Source: Anaerolineae bacterium (GTDB lineage Bacteria > Chloroflexota > Anaerolineae > Epilineales > JAANWY01). From it: DNA of 64,000 nt. The notes under the pieces were generated by a model. The model saw only the letters and a list, made by a program, of their open reading frames with translations, was not told the DNA's origin and ran no database searches. The stretch is taken from positions 1,244 through 65,243 of the forward strand of contig JBHHTZ010000001.1 in NCBI GenBank assembly GCA_046753605.1, in the 5' to 3' direction. A program made the translations under genes and the position numbers. Numbering within the stretch: position 1 is the stretch's first letter; the number at the start of each line of letters is the position of its first letter. Below, piece by piece: positions 17,213 through 26,653 of this stretch.

Positions 17213-18715
17213 TCACTTCTTCGCTGCCATGGTGGCAAACGCCGTGTCGGCCAGCTTCACCGCCTGGTTGGCGATCTTCACCTCATAGCGGTTGTCCTCG
17301 ACCGAGTACACGCGGGCCTCAATCAGGGACCGCATTGCGGCCTTGACCATCTCGGCGCGGGTGACGCCACCCTTTTCCTTGCCTGCTGTCACGGCCGGCC
17401 CGTCAGGATCGACGCCCTTGTCCTTCTCGGGTGGGTTCACCTGGGTCGGCTGGGTGGCCGCAGCGGGCTGAGCCGGCGGCTGCTGCTCCTGAGACTGCGC
17501 GGGCGGGGGCTGACCGCCCTCCCCCTTGACGAGCTTGAAAGACAAAGGGTCTGGATCGGTCGTCCCCTGCTGCCCCTGAGGCGGCGCGGAGTCCACGGCC
17601 GCGAGCCCGGGTGGCGGCGAGGGAGGTGAAGCGGGCGGCGAAGCGGCCGGCGACTCGGCCGCGGGCTGCTCTCCTTGGGGCGGTGTCGGGGGTATCGGCG
17701 CGGCTGCCGGAGCAGCAGCTGTGGCCGTCGTTCCCGAGGCGTTATTTCCGCCCGCGTTTGCCGAATCGATGTTCCTTTGGATCTTCTCGGACAGGCTGAG
17801 ATTTTTTGACTGTTCGTTAGCTTCCATTGCTTCTATCCTTTCACTTAGAGTCAACGTACACGGATTGTCTTGATAATGACAACCCCCGTATGCGCCACAT
17901 GCGGCGACGTTATACGGCAGGTCCCTTGCTTTGAACTTTCTATACCGATACGTCAGTATCTGAACGCCTACTTTTTCCATCTCGATGAAACGCGCATCTA
18001 GTTCCGCTAGCGTCATTACACCGTAATGCTCGGGACGCACGTTATCTGGACACGGCGGCGGCTGTACGCTCTCGTCATGGATCACGTTCAACTGCACCTT
18101 ACGGCTGCGAGGGGTTTTGGGGTTGGCCAGGTAGTAGACCCAGTTCAGCTCGATTCGTTCCAGTGTCTGCCCCCAGATAAGGCCGCTGCGACGTGCTTCG
18201 ACCTCCGCAGCCTTGCCGTAAATTACTGCCTGGGGATCTCGCCGCAGGAACTGCGGGGTCTTCAACCAGTTGAAGGAGCTGGTCGTTTTGTGGTCCCAGA
18301 CCGTCTGCACGCTCTCGTGAAACGATCCCCGCAGATCTATCCGACCGTGGAACACCACCCGACCGGTGTCGAAAACGAAATCGTGCTCGGTCGCGTGCGT
18401 TCCCGGTCGCGGCAAAAACTTGAGGCCAGGCGAGACGATCGCACCGATGGGGGTCGAAAGATCGATGGAACGGCCCTCGCCTTGCCACAGCTCCAACACC
18501 TCGTGCGCTTCCAGACCCGTCTGGGCGTACTTGTTAGGCGGCCGGGACAACCCGTCGAGCTTCTCGAAGCCCCACTTCCTCTCGCACAGCAGAATCGTGT
18601 CTACTTGAGAGGGACTTACACGGTGAGCGTTCCGAAACGCTTTGTTAAATGGCTCTGTCAAACCCCTGCGACTCCTACAGAGAGCGACTATGCACTTGCG
18701 TACGCGCAAAGTCAA
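17213..18715 (-). CDS. Cas4/RecB-like PD-(D/E)XK nuclease with C-terminal Cys cluster, low-complexity linker and extra C-terminal domain
   Basis: IDL...VWDHKTT (D...DxK), QAVIYGK (QxxxY), CGAYGGCHYQDNPC Fe-S-type cysteines; about 120 aa of Pro/Ala/Gln-rich linker. Confidence 0.6.
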   Translation of the reverse strand: MTLRVRKCIVALCRSRRGLTEPFNKAFRNAHRVSPSQVDTILLCERKWGFEKLDGLSRPPNKYAQTGLEAHEVLELWQGEGRSIDLSTPIGAIVSPGLKFLPRPGTHATEHDFVFDTGRVVFHGRIDLRGSFHESVQTVWDHKTTSSFNWLKTPQFLRRDPQAVIYGKAAEVEARRSGLIWGQTLERIELNWVYYLANPKTPRSRKVQLNVIHDESVQPPPCPDNVRPEHYGVMTLAELDARFIEMEKVGVQILTYRYRKFKARDLPYNVAACGAYGGCHYQDNPCTLTLSERIEAMEANEQSKNLSLSEKIQRNIDSANAGGNNASGTTATAAAPAAAPIPPTPPQGEQPAAESPAASPPASPPSPPPGLAAVDSAPPQGQQGTTDPDPLSFKLVKGEGGQPPPAQSQEQQPPAQPAAATQPTQVNPPEKDKGVDPDGPAVTAGKEKGGVTRAEMVKAAMRSLIEARVYSVEDNRYEVKIANQAVKLADTAFATMAAKK

Positions 18716-18875
18716 GACCTAGCAGCAATCCGCCTCGTTTTTCTGCTCCCACTACATCTTGAGGTGCCCCACAGGTGAACACCCCCACCTACTGGGCTGC
18801 TTTTACTCCCTTGACGGCGAACTTGCATAAGCGTAATCCTGGTTTTCTGCGCGCGTTGCCGTCGGGGAGTTCTGT

Positions 18876-21350
18876 ATGCTGATCTGGTCGGGATGTCATA
18901 ACGTAGCTCACTCCGCTTTCGTTGACTTCCAAGGTTCGCACCCTGACTTCGATACTTTCGTCAAAGCAGTACTCGACCCCAAGACGTTCAAACCCGCAAA
19001 AGAAAAAGACCAGTTGCCTTTGTTTATCCCTGCTGAGTTCGTGCAGGGTAAGCTGGTACGGCGCAGCAACAACAACGTGCTGTCTGTGCAGATGGGCGTG
19101 CTCGACCTCGACCACGGCTCAGTCGACGAACAGCGCCTAACCCTGGACATCGTCAAGAGCTACGGCCACGTCGTATATACGAGCTTCAGTCACGACCCGA
19201 ACGGTCAGCACAAACGTCGGACCATGGTGAAGTTCTCTCGGTCTGTCAACGTGACCGAGTGGCGACAATTCTTCCCCCGGATGCTGTTGCACTTTAAAGC
19301 AACAGAAACAGCTGATAAGAAGTGCGCCGACCCTTGTCACATGTATTACGTGCCCGGAGGGGATTTTTCTAACTACGAAGTCTTCGGTGACGACGGACCA
19401 CCGGTTGATGTCGATGCGATCCTGGCCATGTCGCTGCCCGAGGGTATGGCCGAAAAACCCATCGAGGACTACGACGACATCTTGCCCGAGGATCAGCGCG
19501 GCACCATCGGAGACGGTCTGCGCGAAATATGGAACGGCAAACTGGTCAACCTGATAGACGAGATCGAGAACCGCCCCTATCCAGGCAGCATCTACGACCT
19601 CAAGGTGCATCAGGTCTTCGGCCTGGCGCGCGGCGTGCCTCACATCATGTCTGCCGAGCGACTGCGCAACAGCGTCGTGATCGCGCTGGACCGTCGCTAC
19701 CGAACGGCCCAGACCGACGAAGACACCGAAATGGTGCCGGTCTACCAGGAAAAATCGATCCAGCAGGTGGAGAAAGCCGTCGCTGACGGTATGCAGCAGC
19801 CCTGGTGGCCGCCGAAGAGCAACGAGATCATCTCCCGGCCGCTGACCGAGCTGGGCCTGGCCGAGCGCCTGGTGGACCAGCACGGCCAGAACATCCGCTG
19901 GGAGCCCACCTGGAAAAACTGGCTGGGCTGGAACAATAAGTACTGGAACCTGGAAGCCGGCCTCGAAGTCGTACGCAACAAACTAGAAAGTACAATACGC
20001 TCGATTCCGCAAGAAACTCACGCGCTTTCCGCCGATTACCTTGAGGCAAAGAAGCACTTCATTGCAGTGGCCGCCGACGAGAAGGTATCTGATGCCGTAC
20101 GAACCGACGCCGAAGTGAAATACGAGCGTCTGAAAAAACAGATAGAGGAGATAAACAAGTTTGCCCTAAAGTGCGAGACAGGGTCGAAATTTTCAAACGG
20201 GGTGACGCTGGCCACACACAAACCCGAAATACTCACCGACTATCGGGTGTTTGACCAAAATCCCTGGTTAGTGAATTTCAATAACGGAACATTAGATCTC
20301 CGCACCGGAGATTTCGGCCCCCACAAACGCGAGGACTTCCTCACCCGCACGGTCCCCTACAACTACGACCCCGACGCCAAGTGCCCGCGCTTCGACGCCT
20401 TCATGCGGGACTTCATGCAGGAGAACGAGCGCATGATAGCCTTCCTGTGGCGCGTGATGGGCTACACCGCGTGCGGGGTGACCGACGAACAGAAGATATT
20501 CGTACTGCACGGCGACGGAGCGAACGGTAAGAGCACGTTGCTGAACCTGCTGGTAGATATCTTCGGAGAGGGTAGCAGCGGTTACGGCATCGCCGCCAAC
20601 AGCGAGAACCTGCTGTCGACCCGCAACAGCAGCAAGCACGAGACGTGGCGCATGTCCCTGGCCGGCACACGGATCGTCAGCTGCCAGGAGGTCGACGAGG
20701 GGCGCTCGTTCGCCGAGTCCCTGCTCAAGGAGCTGACTGGATCGGACAAGATCACCGGCCGGAAGCTGTATCAAAACGAGTGGAGCTACAAGCCCCAGTT
20801 CACGCTATGGCTCGCGGTCAACCACCTACCGCATGTGCGAGGGACCGATGAGGGCATCTGGCGGCGTCTGTGCGTTATCGAGTGCCCGGCCAACTTCCGC
20901 AACCGCCCCGACCGAGACATGCCGCGTCGGCTACTGCTCGAAGCCCCGGGCATCTGGACGCGCCTCGCGCGCGAAGCTCGTGCCTGGATCAGAGAACGAC
21001 TGACCCTGCCGCGCGAGGTGGTCGTATCCAACACCATGTACCGGCACGAGCAAGACCCCCTGCGCGACTTCGTCGAGCGGTGGTGCATCATAGATGCCGA
21101 GGCTGTCGAAGCACGGCCGACGATCTGGGCCGCCTACGAGGAGTACTGCGCCGCGGAGAAGATCAAGACCTTCCACGAGCGGAAGAGGTTCTACGCTGCA
21201 CTGGAAAAACAATTCGCGATCAAGAAAATCCACGGTCAACGATTTTTTGCCGGCCTGCGCGTCAAGACTCAGAAAGAGCGCATTGAGTCCACCCCGCGCG
21301 CTGTTTTGCAACGCGCCCTGGCTGCGCGCGAGGAAGAGCCACTGAACTAG
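18876..21350 (+). CDS. Primase-helicase (D5/P4-family NTPase with N-terminal primase-like region)
   Basis: Walker A VLHGDGANGKSTLLNLL, Walker B IVSCQEVDEG, P4 primase C-terminal domain organisation. Confidence 0.85.
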   Translation: MLIWSGCHNVAHSAFVDFQGSHPDFDTFVKAVLDPKTFKPAKEKDQLPLFIPAEFVQGKLVRRSNNNVLSVQMGVLDLDHGSVDEQRLTLDIVKSYGHVVYTSFSHDPNGQHKRRTMVKFSRSVNVTEWRQFFPRMLLHFKATETADKKCADPCHMYYVPGGDFSNYEVFGDDGPPVDVDAILAMSLPEGMAEKPIEDYDDILPEDQRGTIGDGLREIWNGKLVNLIDEIENRPYPGSIYDLKVHQVFGLARGVPHIMSAERLRNSVVIALDRRYRTAQTDEDTEMVPVYQEKSIQQVEKAVADGMQQPWWPPKSNEIISRPLTELGLAERLVDQHGQNIRWEPTWKNWLGWNNKYWNLEAGLEVVRNKLESTIRSIPQETHALSADYLEAKKHFIAVAADEKVSDAVRTDAEVKYERLKKQIEEINKFALKCETGSKFSNGVTLATHKPEILTDYRVFDQNPWLVNFNNGTLDLRTGDFGPHKREDFLTRTVPYNYDPDAKCPRFDAFMRDFMQENERMIAFLWRVMGYTACGVTDEQKIFVLHGDGANGKSTLLNLLVDIFGEGSSGYGIAANSENLLSTRNSSKHETWRMSLAGTRIVSCQEVDEGRSFAESLLKELTGSDKITGRKLYQNEWSYKPQFTLWLAVNHLPHVRGTDEGIWRRLCVIECPANFRNRPDRDMPRRLLLEAPGIWTRLAREARAWIRERLTLPREVVVSNTMYRHEQDPLRDFVERWCIIDAEAVEARPTIWAAYEEYCAAEKIKTFHERKRFYAALEKQFAIKKIHGQRFFAGLRVKTQKERIESTPRAVLQRALAAREEEPLN

Positions 21351-21359
21351 GAGGTAGCC

Positions 21360-22184
21360 ATGGGACAGTACGTCTGGAAGCAAAAAGGACTGGAAGTAGA
21401 AGATCTACAAAACGCCCTTGTTGAAAAAGGCTATACCTTGCCCCGGTGGGGTGCCGATGGTGTGCTCGGCAATGAGACATGGCGCAGGGTGGAGCAGTTC
21501 GCAGGTGTCGACTCGTTCCCCACCTCTCGCTCGCTACCCGAGGACGTTACCGACTCCATCCTGACAACAGACGAAGAACCAAAACCCGCACCACCCCCAG
21601 ACTGGGTGCGCGTCGATGGCGACCCCAACGACGTAAAGGGGTACAGGAGCTGGCAGCAGATCGACACCATCGTGCTTCACCAGACCGGTGTGTGGATGTC
21701 CGACACTCCCGAGAGGTTCCGCACGCTCAACGCCCACCTGGGCATTCTGGCCACGCACCCGACCCCCATCGTGCAGGTACAGGACTTCACGGCCTACATG
21801 TGGCACGCCAACGAGCTGAACCGCTGCAGCATCGGCATCGAGATCAACGGCCGCTTCCCCGGTCTGGCCGGCCGGTACGACGCCGAACTACACACCGCGG
21901 GTGGTCCCTCGGCCGGCCAGATACAGAACACCCGCCATACCATTCTGCATCTCATGCAGCTGGCCATCTGCCATCGAGGGGAGATCAAGTACATCCTGCC
22001 GCACCGGGTCAGCAACGACCAGCGCCAGGGCGACCCGGGGGAGATTGCCTGGCGGGAGATTGGCCTGTGGGCGCAGCACGAGCTTGGTCTATGCGACCGC
22101 GGGCCTGGCTGGTCTATCGGTGACGGGAGGCCTATCCCGGGGCCGTGGGACAGCCGGGTGGCTTACGCGGGATATCCCTACTAG
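21360..22184 (+). CDS. Endolysin: peptidoglycan-binding domain plus N-acetylmuramoyl-L-alanine amidase (Amidase_2/PGRP)
   Basis: N-terminal PG_binding_1-like GADGVLGNETWRRVEQFAG; C-terminal HQTG...NRCSIGIEINGRF amidase_2 pattern. Confidence 0.8.
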   Translation: MGQYVWKQKGLEVEDLQNALVEKGYTLPRWGADGVLGNETWRRVEQFAGVDSFPTSRSLPEDVTDSILTTDEEPKPAPPPDWVRVDGDPNDVKGYRSWQQIDTIVLHQTGVWMSDTPERFRTLNAHLGILATHPTPIVQVQDFTAYMWHANELNRCSIGIEINGRFPGLAGRYDAELHTAGGPSAGQIQNTRHTILHLMQLAICHRGEIKYILPHRVSNDQRQGDPGEIAWREIGLWAQHELGLCDRGPGWSIGDGRPIPGPWDSRVAYAGYPY

Positions 22185-22223
22185 GGCGCAACCTGCCCAT
22201 TTTTCAAGGATAATTTCGAAGTC

Positions 22224-22340
22224 TTGCCCCTGGCCGGCTGCTCGGGGTATACTACCTGGGCTCGTGGGACTCCCCCTGCGAGTGTTCGCGGCAGCTTCGC
22301 CGCGTGACATCGGGGGCCGAGATACCCCCAGAGGTAAACC
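22224..22340 (+). promoter_or_regulatory. Promoter (TTGCCC-18-TATACT) plus about 85-nt structured leader, copy A
   Basis: Duplicated at 23905..24022; two hairpins (22287..22304, 22312..22329) kept by compensatory changes between copies. Confidence 0.6.
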
Positions 22341-23276
22341 ATGCCAGAGAACCTGCCACTGCAGAAACGGACAGGCTTCAATCGAGGCGAACAGTCCGTA
22401 AACCTGAACCGTATCCGGCACCTGGGGCAGCCTGCCATCAAAGCCGGCCCCGGCGACACCGTCATCCTGAAAAACGCCCCCGTCATCCCTGGGAGAGGGC
22501 AAAAAACCCCCAGAACACAAATAATGAACCTCACAGTCGGCGGTTACGTGTTCAACCGCACCGGGAACAACATCGACTACGATTTCATCCTAGTAGACCC
22601 CGACGGAAAAGAATTCGCCTACCACGCAGAAGACCTGGGAGTGGGTTCGTGGCCCCTGCCCAATGATGAGAACCACCCCATCCCTTCCCTGGGATACCTC
22701 GCATATTACGCCAGAAGCAATACGGGAATCCCGCTGAGTCTGTTGCTGCCCGGCTGGTCCCTCGTTCTTCGAGTCAAATCGGGGAACCCTCTCAGCGGCA
22801 GAGGCCTCATCATATGGGCCTGGGCGAACGACATGTCGAACAACCTACAAGCACTCATGGTGCCTGTGACCAAAACCGAAATCGAACTGGGACCGGACCC
22901 CGGTCGCGCCTGGCAGCTTTGCGGGAGCAACCTGCTACAAGGCCTTCCCCTCACTCCGACGTACCTCAACTTCGACAGTGTCGTCAGAACCGTCGAGCAG
23001 GGAGCAGAAATATATCGTCTCGCGGGCGAAGACATCCAGGTCAACAACTTGAGGCCCGACATCGCTGTGGACCCCCGTACAGATGCCAATACAGGAGTCG
23101 AGGCCGGTTTCTTGACCGAAATAGGCGACCAGAAAAAGCCGAATGGGTTGGTTCTGTCCTGCCCTGATAAAATAAAGGTCAAGGCAAAAGAGAACCAGAC
23201 CAGCGGCCCGCTGTACCTGCTCGTCCCCTTCGCTGAGTTCGATCTGCCGGCCGACATGCAGGTGGAGGAGGAGTAG
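22341..23276 (+). CDS. Hypothetical protein, paralog A of the MPEN(L/I)PLQ family
   Basis: 311 aa; N-terminus and GYVFNRTGNNIDYDFILVDPDGKE segment shared with 24023..24436. Confidence 0.6.
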   Translation: MPENLPLQKRTGFNRGEQSVNLNRIRHLGQPAIKAGPGDTVILKNAPVIPGRGQKTPRTQIMNLTVGGYVFNRTGNNIDYDFILVDPDGKEFAYHAEDLGVGSWPLPNDENHPIPSLGYLAYYARSNTGIPLSLLLPGWSLVLRVKSGNPLSGRGLIIWAWANDMSNNLQALMVPVTKTEIELGPDPGRAWQLCGSNLLQGLPLTPTYLNFDSVVRTVEQGAEIYRLAGEDIQVNNLRPDIAVDPRTDANTGVEAGFLTEIGDQKKPNGLVLSCPDKIKVKAKENQTSGPLYLLVPFAEFDLPADMQVEEE

Positions 23277-23470
23277 ACCACGAACTACTTCCAAGCACTG
23301 CAGGTTCTTCACAACGGGAAGAAAAACCAAACCCCCCAGGAACAGCTGACCGCTGCTGCCAAGGTGGTGAACGCTTTTCGCAACCGGCGTCGAGTCCTCA
23401 ACCTGAAGCGGCTCAGTTACTCCGAAGTTGAAGCCCAGAACCTCATCTACACCGCTCCCGATCTACCGAC

Positions 23471-23896
23471 TTGATCGACATACACACATCAGACGGTCCT
23501 GTCGGCATCCCTGATTGTCCCTTCAAGGTGACAAAGTTCGACAGGCACGTCCGATACTTCACCGCCTACCTTGACGACGTCCCCGCGGGCCAGATGGCCA
23601 TTCTCAAGCGGGGGCAGTTCTGGTGGATCGACCACCTGTACGTCCAGCCACAGTTCCGGGGCCGGGGCGTCGTCCCGGCCCTGATCAAGGTGGTGCTGCC
23701 GGCCGCGGCCGAAATCACCGACCATGTCTGGGAGGAGTGCAAGGGCGTCACCCCTGAAGACCTGGCCCGCAACAGCGAGCGGTTCGGGCTCAAGATGGAC
23801 GTCCTGCGCACCTACCGAGCCGACCGGACGCCCTTCACCATGATCCGACGGCACGTGGCTCCACTGCGCCAAAAACAGCCTCCTACAGCGGCCTGA
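23471..23896 (+). CDS. GNAT-family N-acetyltransferase
   Basis: IDHLYVQPQFRGRGVVPAL matches GNAT motif A; TTG start in the track, true start uncertain. Confidence 0.55.
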   Translation: MIDIHTSDGPVGIPDCPFKVTKFDRHVRYFTAYLDDVPAGQMAILKRGQFWWIDHLYVQPQFRGRGVVPALIKVVLPAAAEITDHVWEECKGVTPEDLARNSERFGLKMDVLRTYRADRTPFTMIRRHVAPLRQKQPPTAA

Positions 23897-23904
23897 GCTG
23901 TCCT

Positions 23905-24022
23905 CTTGCCCATGGCCGGCCGCCTGGGTTATCCTACCTGGGCTCGTGGGACTTCCCCTGCGGGTGCTCGCGGGAGCTTCCCCGCGTGTCGGCGAGGGCC
24001 GAGACACCCTCGGAGGTAAATC
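23905..24022 (+). promoter_or_regulatory. Promoter (TTGCCC-18-TATCCT) plus structured leader, copy B
   Basis: Paralogous to 22224..22340; hairpins 23968..23985 and 23993..24010. Confidence 0.6.
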
Positions 24023-24436
24023 ATGCCAGAGAACATCCCGCTTCAGCAACGCGCTGGGCGAAACATCGGAACCGAGGCGCTGCCGCCTTTCATCAACGGC
24101 GCGGCAATGCCCGAGATCGTGGTCAACCCCTCGGGGGTCACCGTGGTCATGGTGGGCCAGGAGGGCGTCGTGCGCACCCCGTGCGTTCGCGCCAACAGTC
24201 TCCCCGATGAACTGGACGGACCCAACTGGGGCTTCGTCATCAACCAGACCGACAACGATCTGAACATCGACATCCTCTTCGTGGACAACGAGAACAACGA
24301 GATGAAACTCGGAGACATCGTTGTGCTCGCGCAAAGTCTCGAAGGGTTAATACTGGAATACGTCTTCGCCGCCGGGGCCTTCCTGGGTCTGTGCCCGGGT
24401 GAGAAGATCATCCTGCGCAGCTCCATCGCCGAATAG
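24023..24436 (+). CDS. Hypothetical protein, paralog B of the MPEN(L/I)PLQ family
   Basis: 137 aa; shares N-terminus and GFVINQTDNDLNIDILFVDNENNE with paralog A. Confidence 0.55.
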   Translation: MPENIPLQQRAGRNIGTEALPPFINGAAMPEIVVNPSGVTVVMVGQEGVVRTPCVRANSLPDELDGPNWGFVINQTDNDLNIDILFVDNENNEMKLGDIVVLAQSLEGLILEYVFAAGAFLGLCPGEKIILRSSIAE

Positions 24437-24468
24437 TTTTAACCTTTTACGAAAAAGGAATAAGAAAC

Positions 24469-24957
24469 ATGCCTGTTACCGCATTTCCCTCTTTCCACGA
24501 TCTCAAAACCCGCAGCGCCAAAGGCGGTGGCTTCTCCGACGGCGGTGTCGTCTGTATCAGCCAACCACTTTCAGCCTCGCCCATCGAAATCGCGCCGCTC
24601 GCGGGCACCGCGCTCGGTGGCTTCTCGACCCCCGTAGGGCTCGGAGATTTTCCGATCGACATGAACCTGAACGCACTGGTCATGAACTTCGACCCCAACA
24701 CCCCGGTGGTCGTGGAAGCCTACCTCGTTTTCGAGGACGGCTCCCAGTCCTTGATCGGAACACTTCCTGTCCCTGCAAACACCCCTGCAGGCTATGGTGT
24801 GCTGCCGTGGCCGTGGCTGGGCCTCATCCTCACCCACCCCAACAAGATCCGCCTCAAGCTCGTGGCCGAAAGCGGGTACTCGCTGCCCACCGGCCGCGTG
24901 CGGGTCAAGGCCACTCTGGTGGAGTACGACAAGCCAGCCGATCTCGAAGCTGCCTAA
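24469..24957 (+). CDS. Hypothetical protein
   Basis: 162-aa ORF with RBS aaaaaggaataagaaacatg; Gly/Pro-rich. Confidence 0.5.
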   Translation: MPVTAFPSFHDLKTRSAKGGGFSDGGVVCISQPLSASPIEIAPLAGTALGGFSTPVGLGDFPIDMNLNALVMNFDPNTPVVVEAYLVFEDGSQSLIGTLPVPANTPAGYGVLPWPWLGLILTHPNKIRLKLVAESGYSLPTGRVRVKATLVEYDKPADLEAA

Positions 24958-25746
24958 TCACTCCTGTGAATGTGCAACAACCCCGTCAGGTTTCACCTGG
25001 CGGGGTTTTCTTTTTGCCCAGATGAATGTAACGAACGAGCGGCCGTAGCTCTTGCGTTTGGTTACAACACGCATCGCTCTCACCAAACCCATACCGTACC
25101 CCGGGCTCCTGTTCTCTGCAGTATGATCTATCGTCGCCCGGACCAGAAAAGCCTCTAAAGGTTTGGTTGTCTCCTTCACGTACTTCAGCACCACCTCATG
25201 TGCCATCCCTGGGCCCGTGCGTGCAATAATGCTCTCAAACCTCAACGACCTATAACCCCCTTTGGCCATGTAACGCTTCTCATTCTTCACGGCCTGTTCG
25301 ATCAACCTGCACAACAGCTCGTGCCCAGGAGTAGATCGAATAAAACGAATTTCCAAAGCCAACGTGGGGGCTCCTCCCATCATCCCAAAAAGCGGCCAAT
25401 CGCACGTGGCTCCGGGTAGAATCTCCCCTTCAAGATCTGGTAACACGTCGATGTCCACGTACGCGCCGCCGAGCTGGTACAAGACGAAGTAACGGAAGAT
25501 GTCGGCGCAGCTCGCGTGGCTGCCGTAGTGCCTCTCGTACTTGAAGACCTCCTCGATGTCCGAGCCGGTTATAAGATCATCCACCAGGCGCAGCTCAACA
25601 CCAGGCACCGGAGGTTGCTCGATCTGGCCACTGTGCCAGAGCACGCAATGCCAGCCGAGCTTCTGCCACGCAAGCAGGTACTTCTCTCGCGACTCGGCCC
25701 ACGGTTCGATGAACCAACAAAGATGTAGATTAGAATCCCATGTCAT
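24958..25746 (-). CDS. Glycosyltransferase, GT32-like (Gly_transf_sug, DXD type)
   Basis: ADIFRYFVLYQLGGAYVDIDV matches the D..RY..LY..GG.Y.D.D signature. Confidence 0.65.
   Translation of the reverse strand: MTWDSNLHLCWFIEPWAESREKYLLAWQKLGWHCVLWHSGQIEQPPVPGVELRLVDDLITGSDIEEVFKYERHYGSHASCADIFRYFVLYQLGGAYVDIDVLPDLEGEILPGATCDWPLFGMMGGAPTLALEIRFIRSTPGHELLCRLIEQAVKNEKRYMAKGGYRSLRFESIIARTGPGMAHEVVLKYVKETTKPLEAFLVRATIDHTAENRSPGYGMGLVRAMRVVTKRKSYGRSFVTFIWAKRKPRQVKPDGVVAHSQE
24981..25015 (+). terminator. Rho-independent terminator for the plus-strand paralog genes
   Basis: 10-bp stem CCCCGTCAGG/CCTGGCGGGG with loop TTTCA followed by TTTTCTTTTT. Confidence 0.6.
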
Positions 25747-25831
25747 TTATTTTCTCTACAAAGCTAGTCTGTCTCTCTATGTCGACGGTGTGTGAGTACC
25801 GATATTGTCCTCACGTTTTTCTCCGTACTGG

Positions 25832-26650
25832 CTAAAAGCCCATATCGTTGATTTTTTCTACGAAGCTCGTTTGCCTTTTACATCGAGGACACCGCACCTT
25901 GTCATCTGCCGCAGCCTCGAACGGTCCACATTTTTGACATCTGTATGTTGCCGAAATCTCACTATAGAAAGTGACGTGGAGCGGATCCTTCACCTTACGT
26001 AAACAGTGTAGCTCTTTGGATTGAAACTGAATGGCGATGTACTCTTCCGGCCCGAACCGCGAGGTTGGGATCTTCTCCCAGTCCCTGGTGAATAACAACG
26101 AGTGTCTCACCCAGTAGTACGTGCCGGCAAAGTGTTTGCCGTATTGGCCCTTGCACAAAAAACAACCCGCTGCTGCGACGGGCTTTTTAACGAAAAAACT
26201 TGTTGCTTGTTTAGGAATAAAAACGGCCTCAATCCTCTCGGGGTTCGAGAGGCACTCGTCGTACATCCTGTTGCGCCACTGCCGCACCGACGTCTGTTCC
26301 AGTTGACTACACTCTACAACCGCCTTGCGCACACCTTTGGTGTGCGCGTAGAAGGTTATCTCGTCGTCCCTGGTAGACTTCAAACTGCTCAAGCCTTCAA
26401 GGAACCCGGCCAGCTCGTGCAGCTTCGGGTCGTTCGGTATTAGACGAAACTCGACGTCGCCGTGTTCTTCGAGCGGGGCAAAACGAGTTTTCACGAAGTT
26501 GGGATTGGCCATGTCTCGGCCGGTCTTTATGTTGATTAGCAACCGGTTGTTGAACGCCGAGCCGTACTTGCAGAGCCAGCGGATGTTATCCATCCACACC
26601 TCTTCAGCATCGACATGCGGACAGCAATTATAAAATAAATTTCGGAGCAT
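25832..26650 (-). CDS. Hypothetical protein within the glycan-modification cluster (possible glycosyltransferase)
   Basis: 272-aa ORF between the GT32-like gene and the methyltransferase, co-oriented; C-terminal Cys4. Confidence 0.45.
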   Translation of the reverse strand: MLRNLFYNCCPHVDAEEVWMDNIRWLCKYGSAFNNRLLINIKTGRDMANPNFVKTRFAPLEEHGDVEFRLIPNDPKLHELAGFLEGLSSLKSTRDDEITFYAHTKGVRKAVVECSQLEQTSVRQWRNRMYDECLSNPERIEAVFIPKQATSFFVKKPVAAAGCFLCKGQYGKHFAGTYYWVRHSLLFTRDWEKIPTSRFGPEEYIAIQFQSKELHCLRKVKDPLHVTFYSEISATYRCQKCGPFEAAADDKVRCPRCKRQTSFVEKINDMGF

Positions 26651-26653
26651 ATA

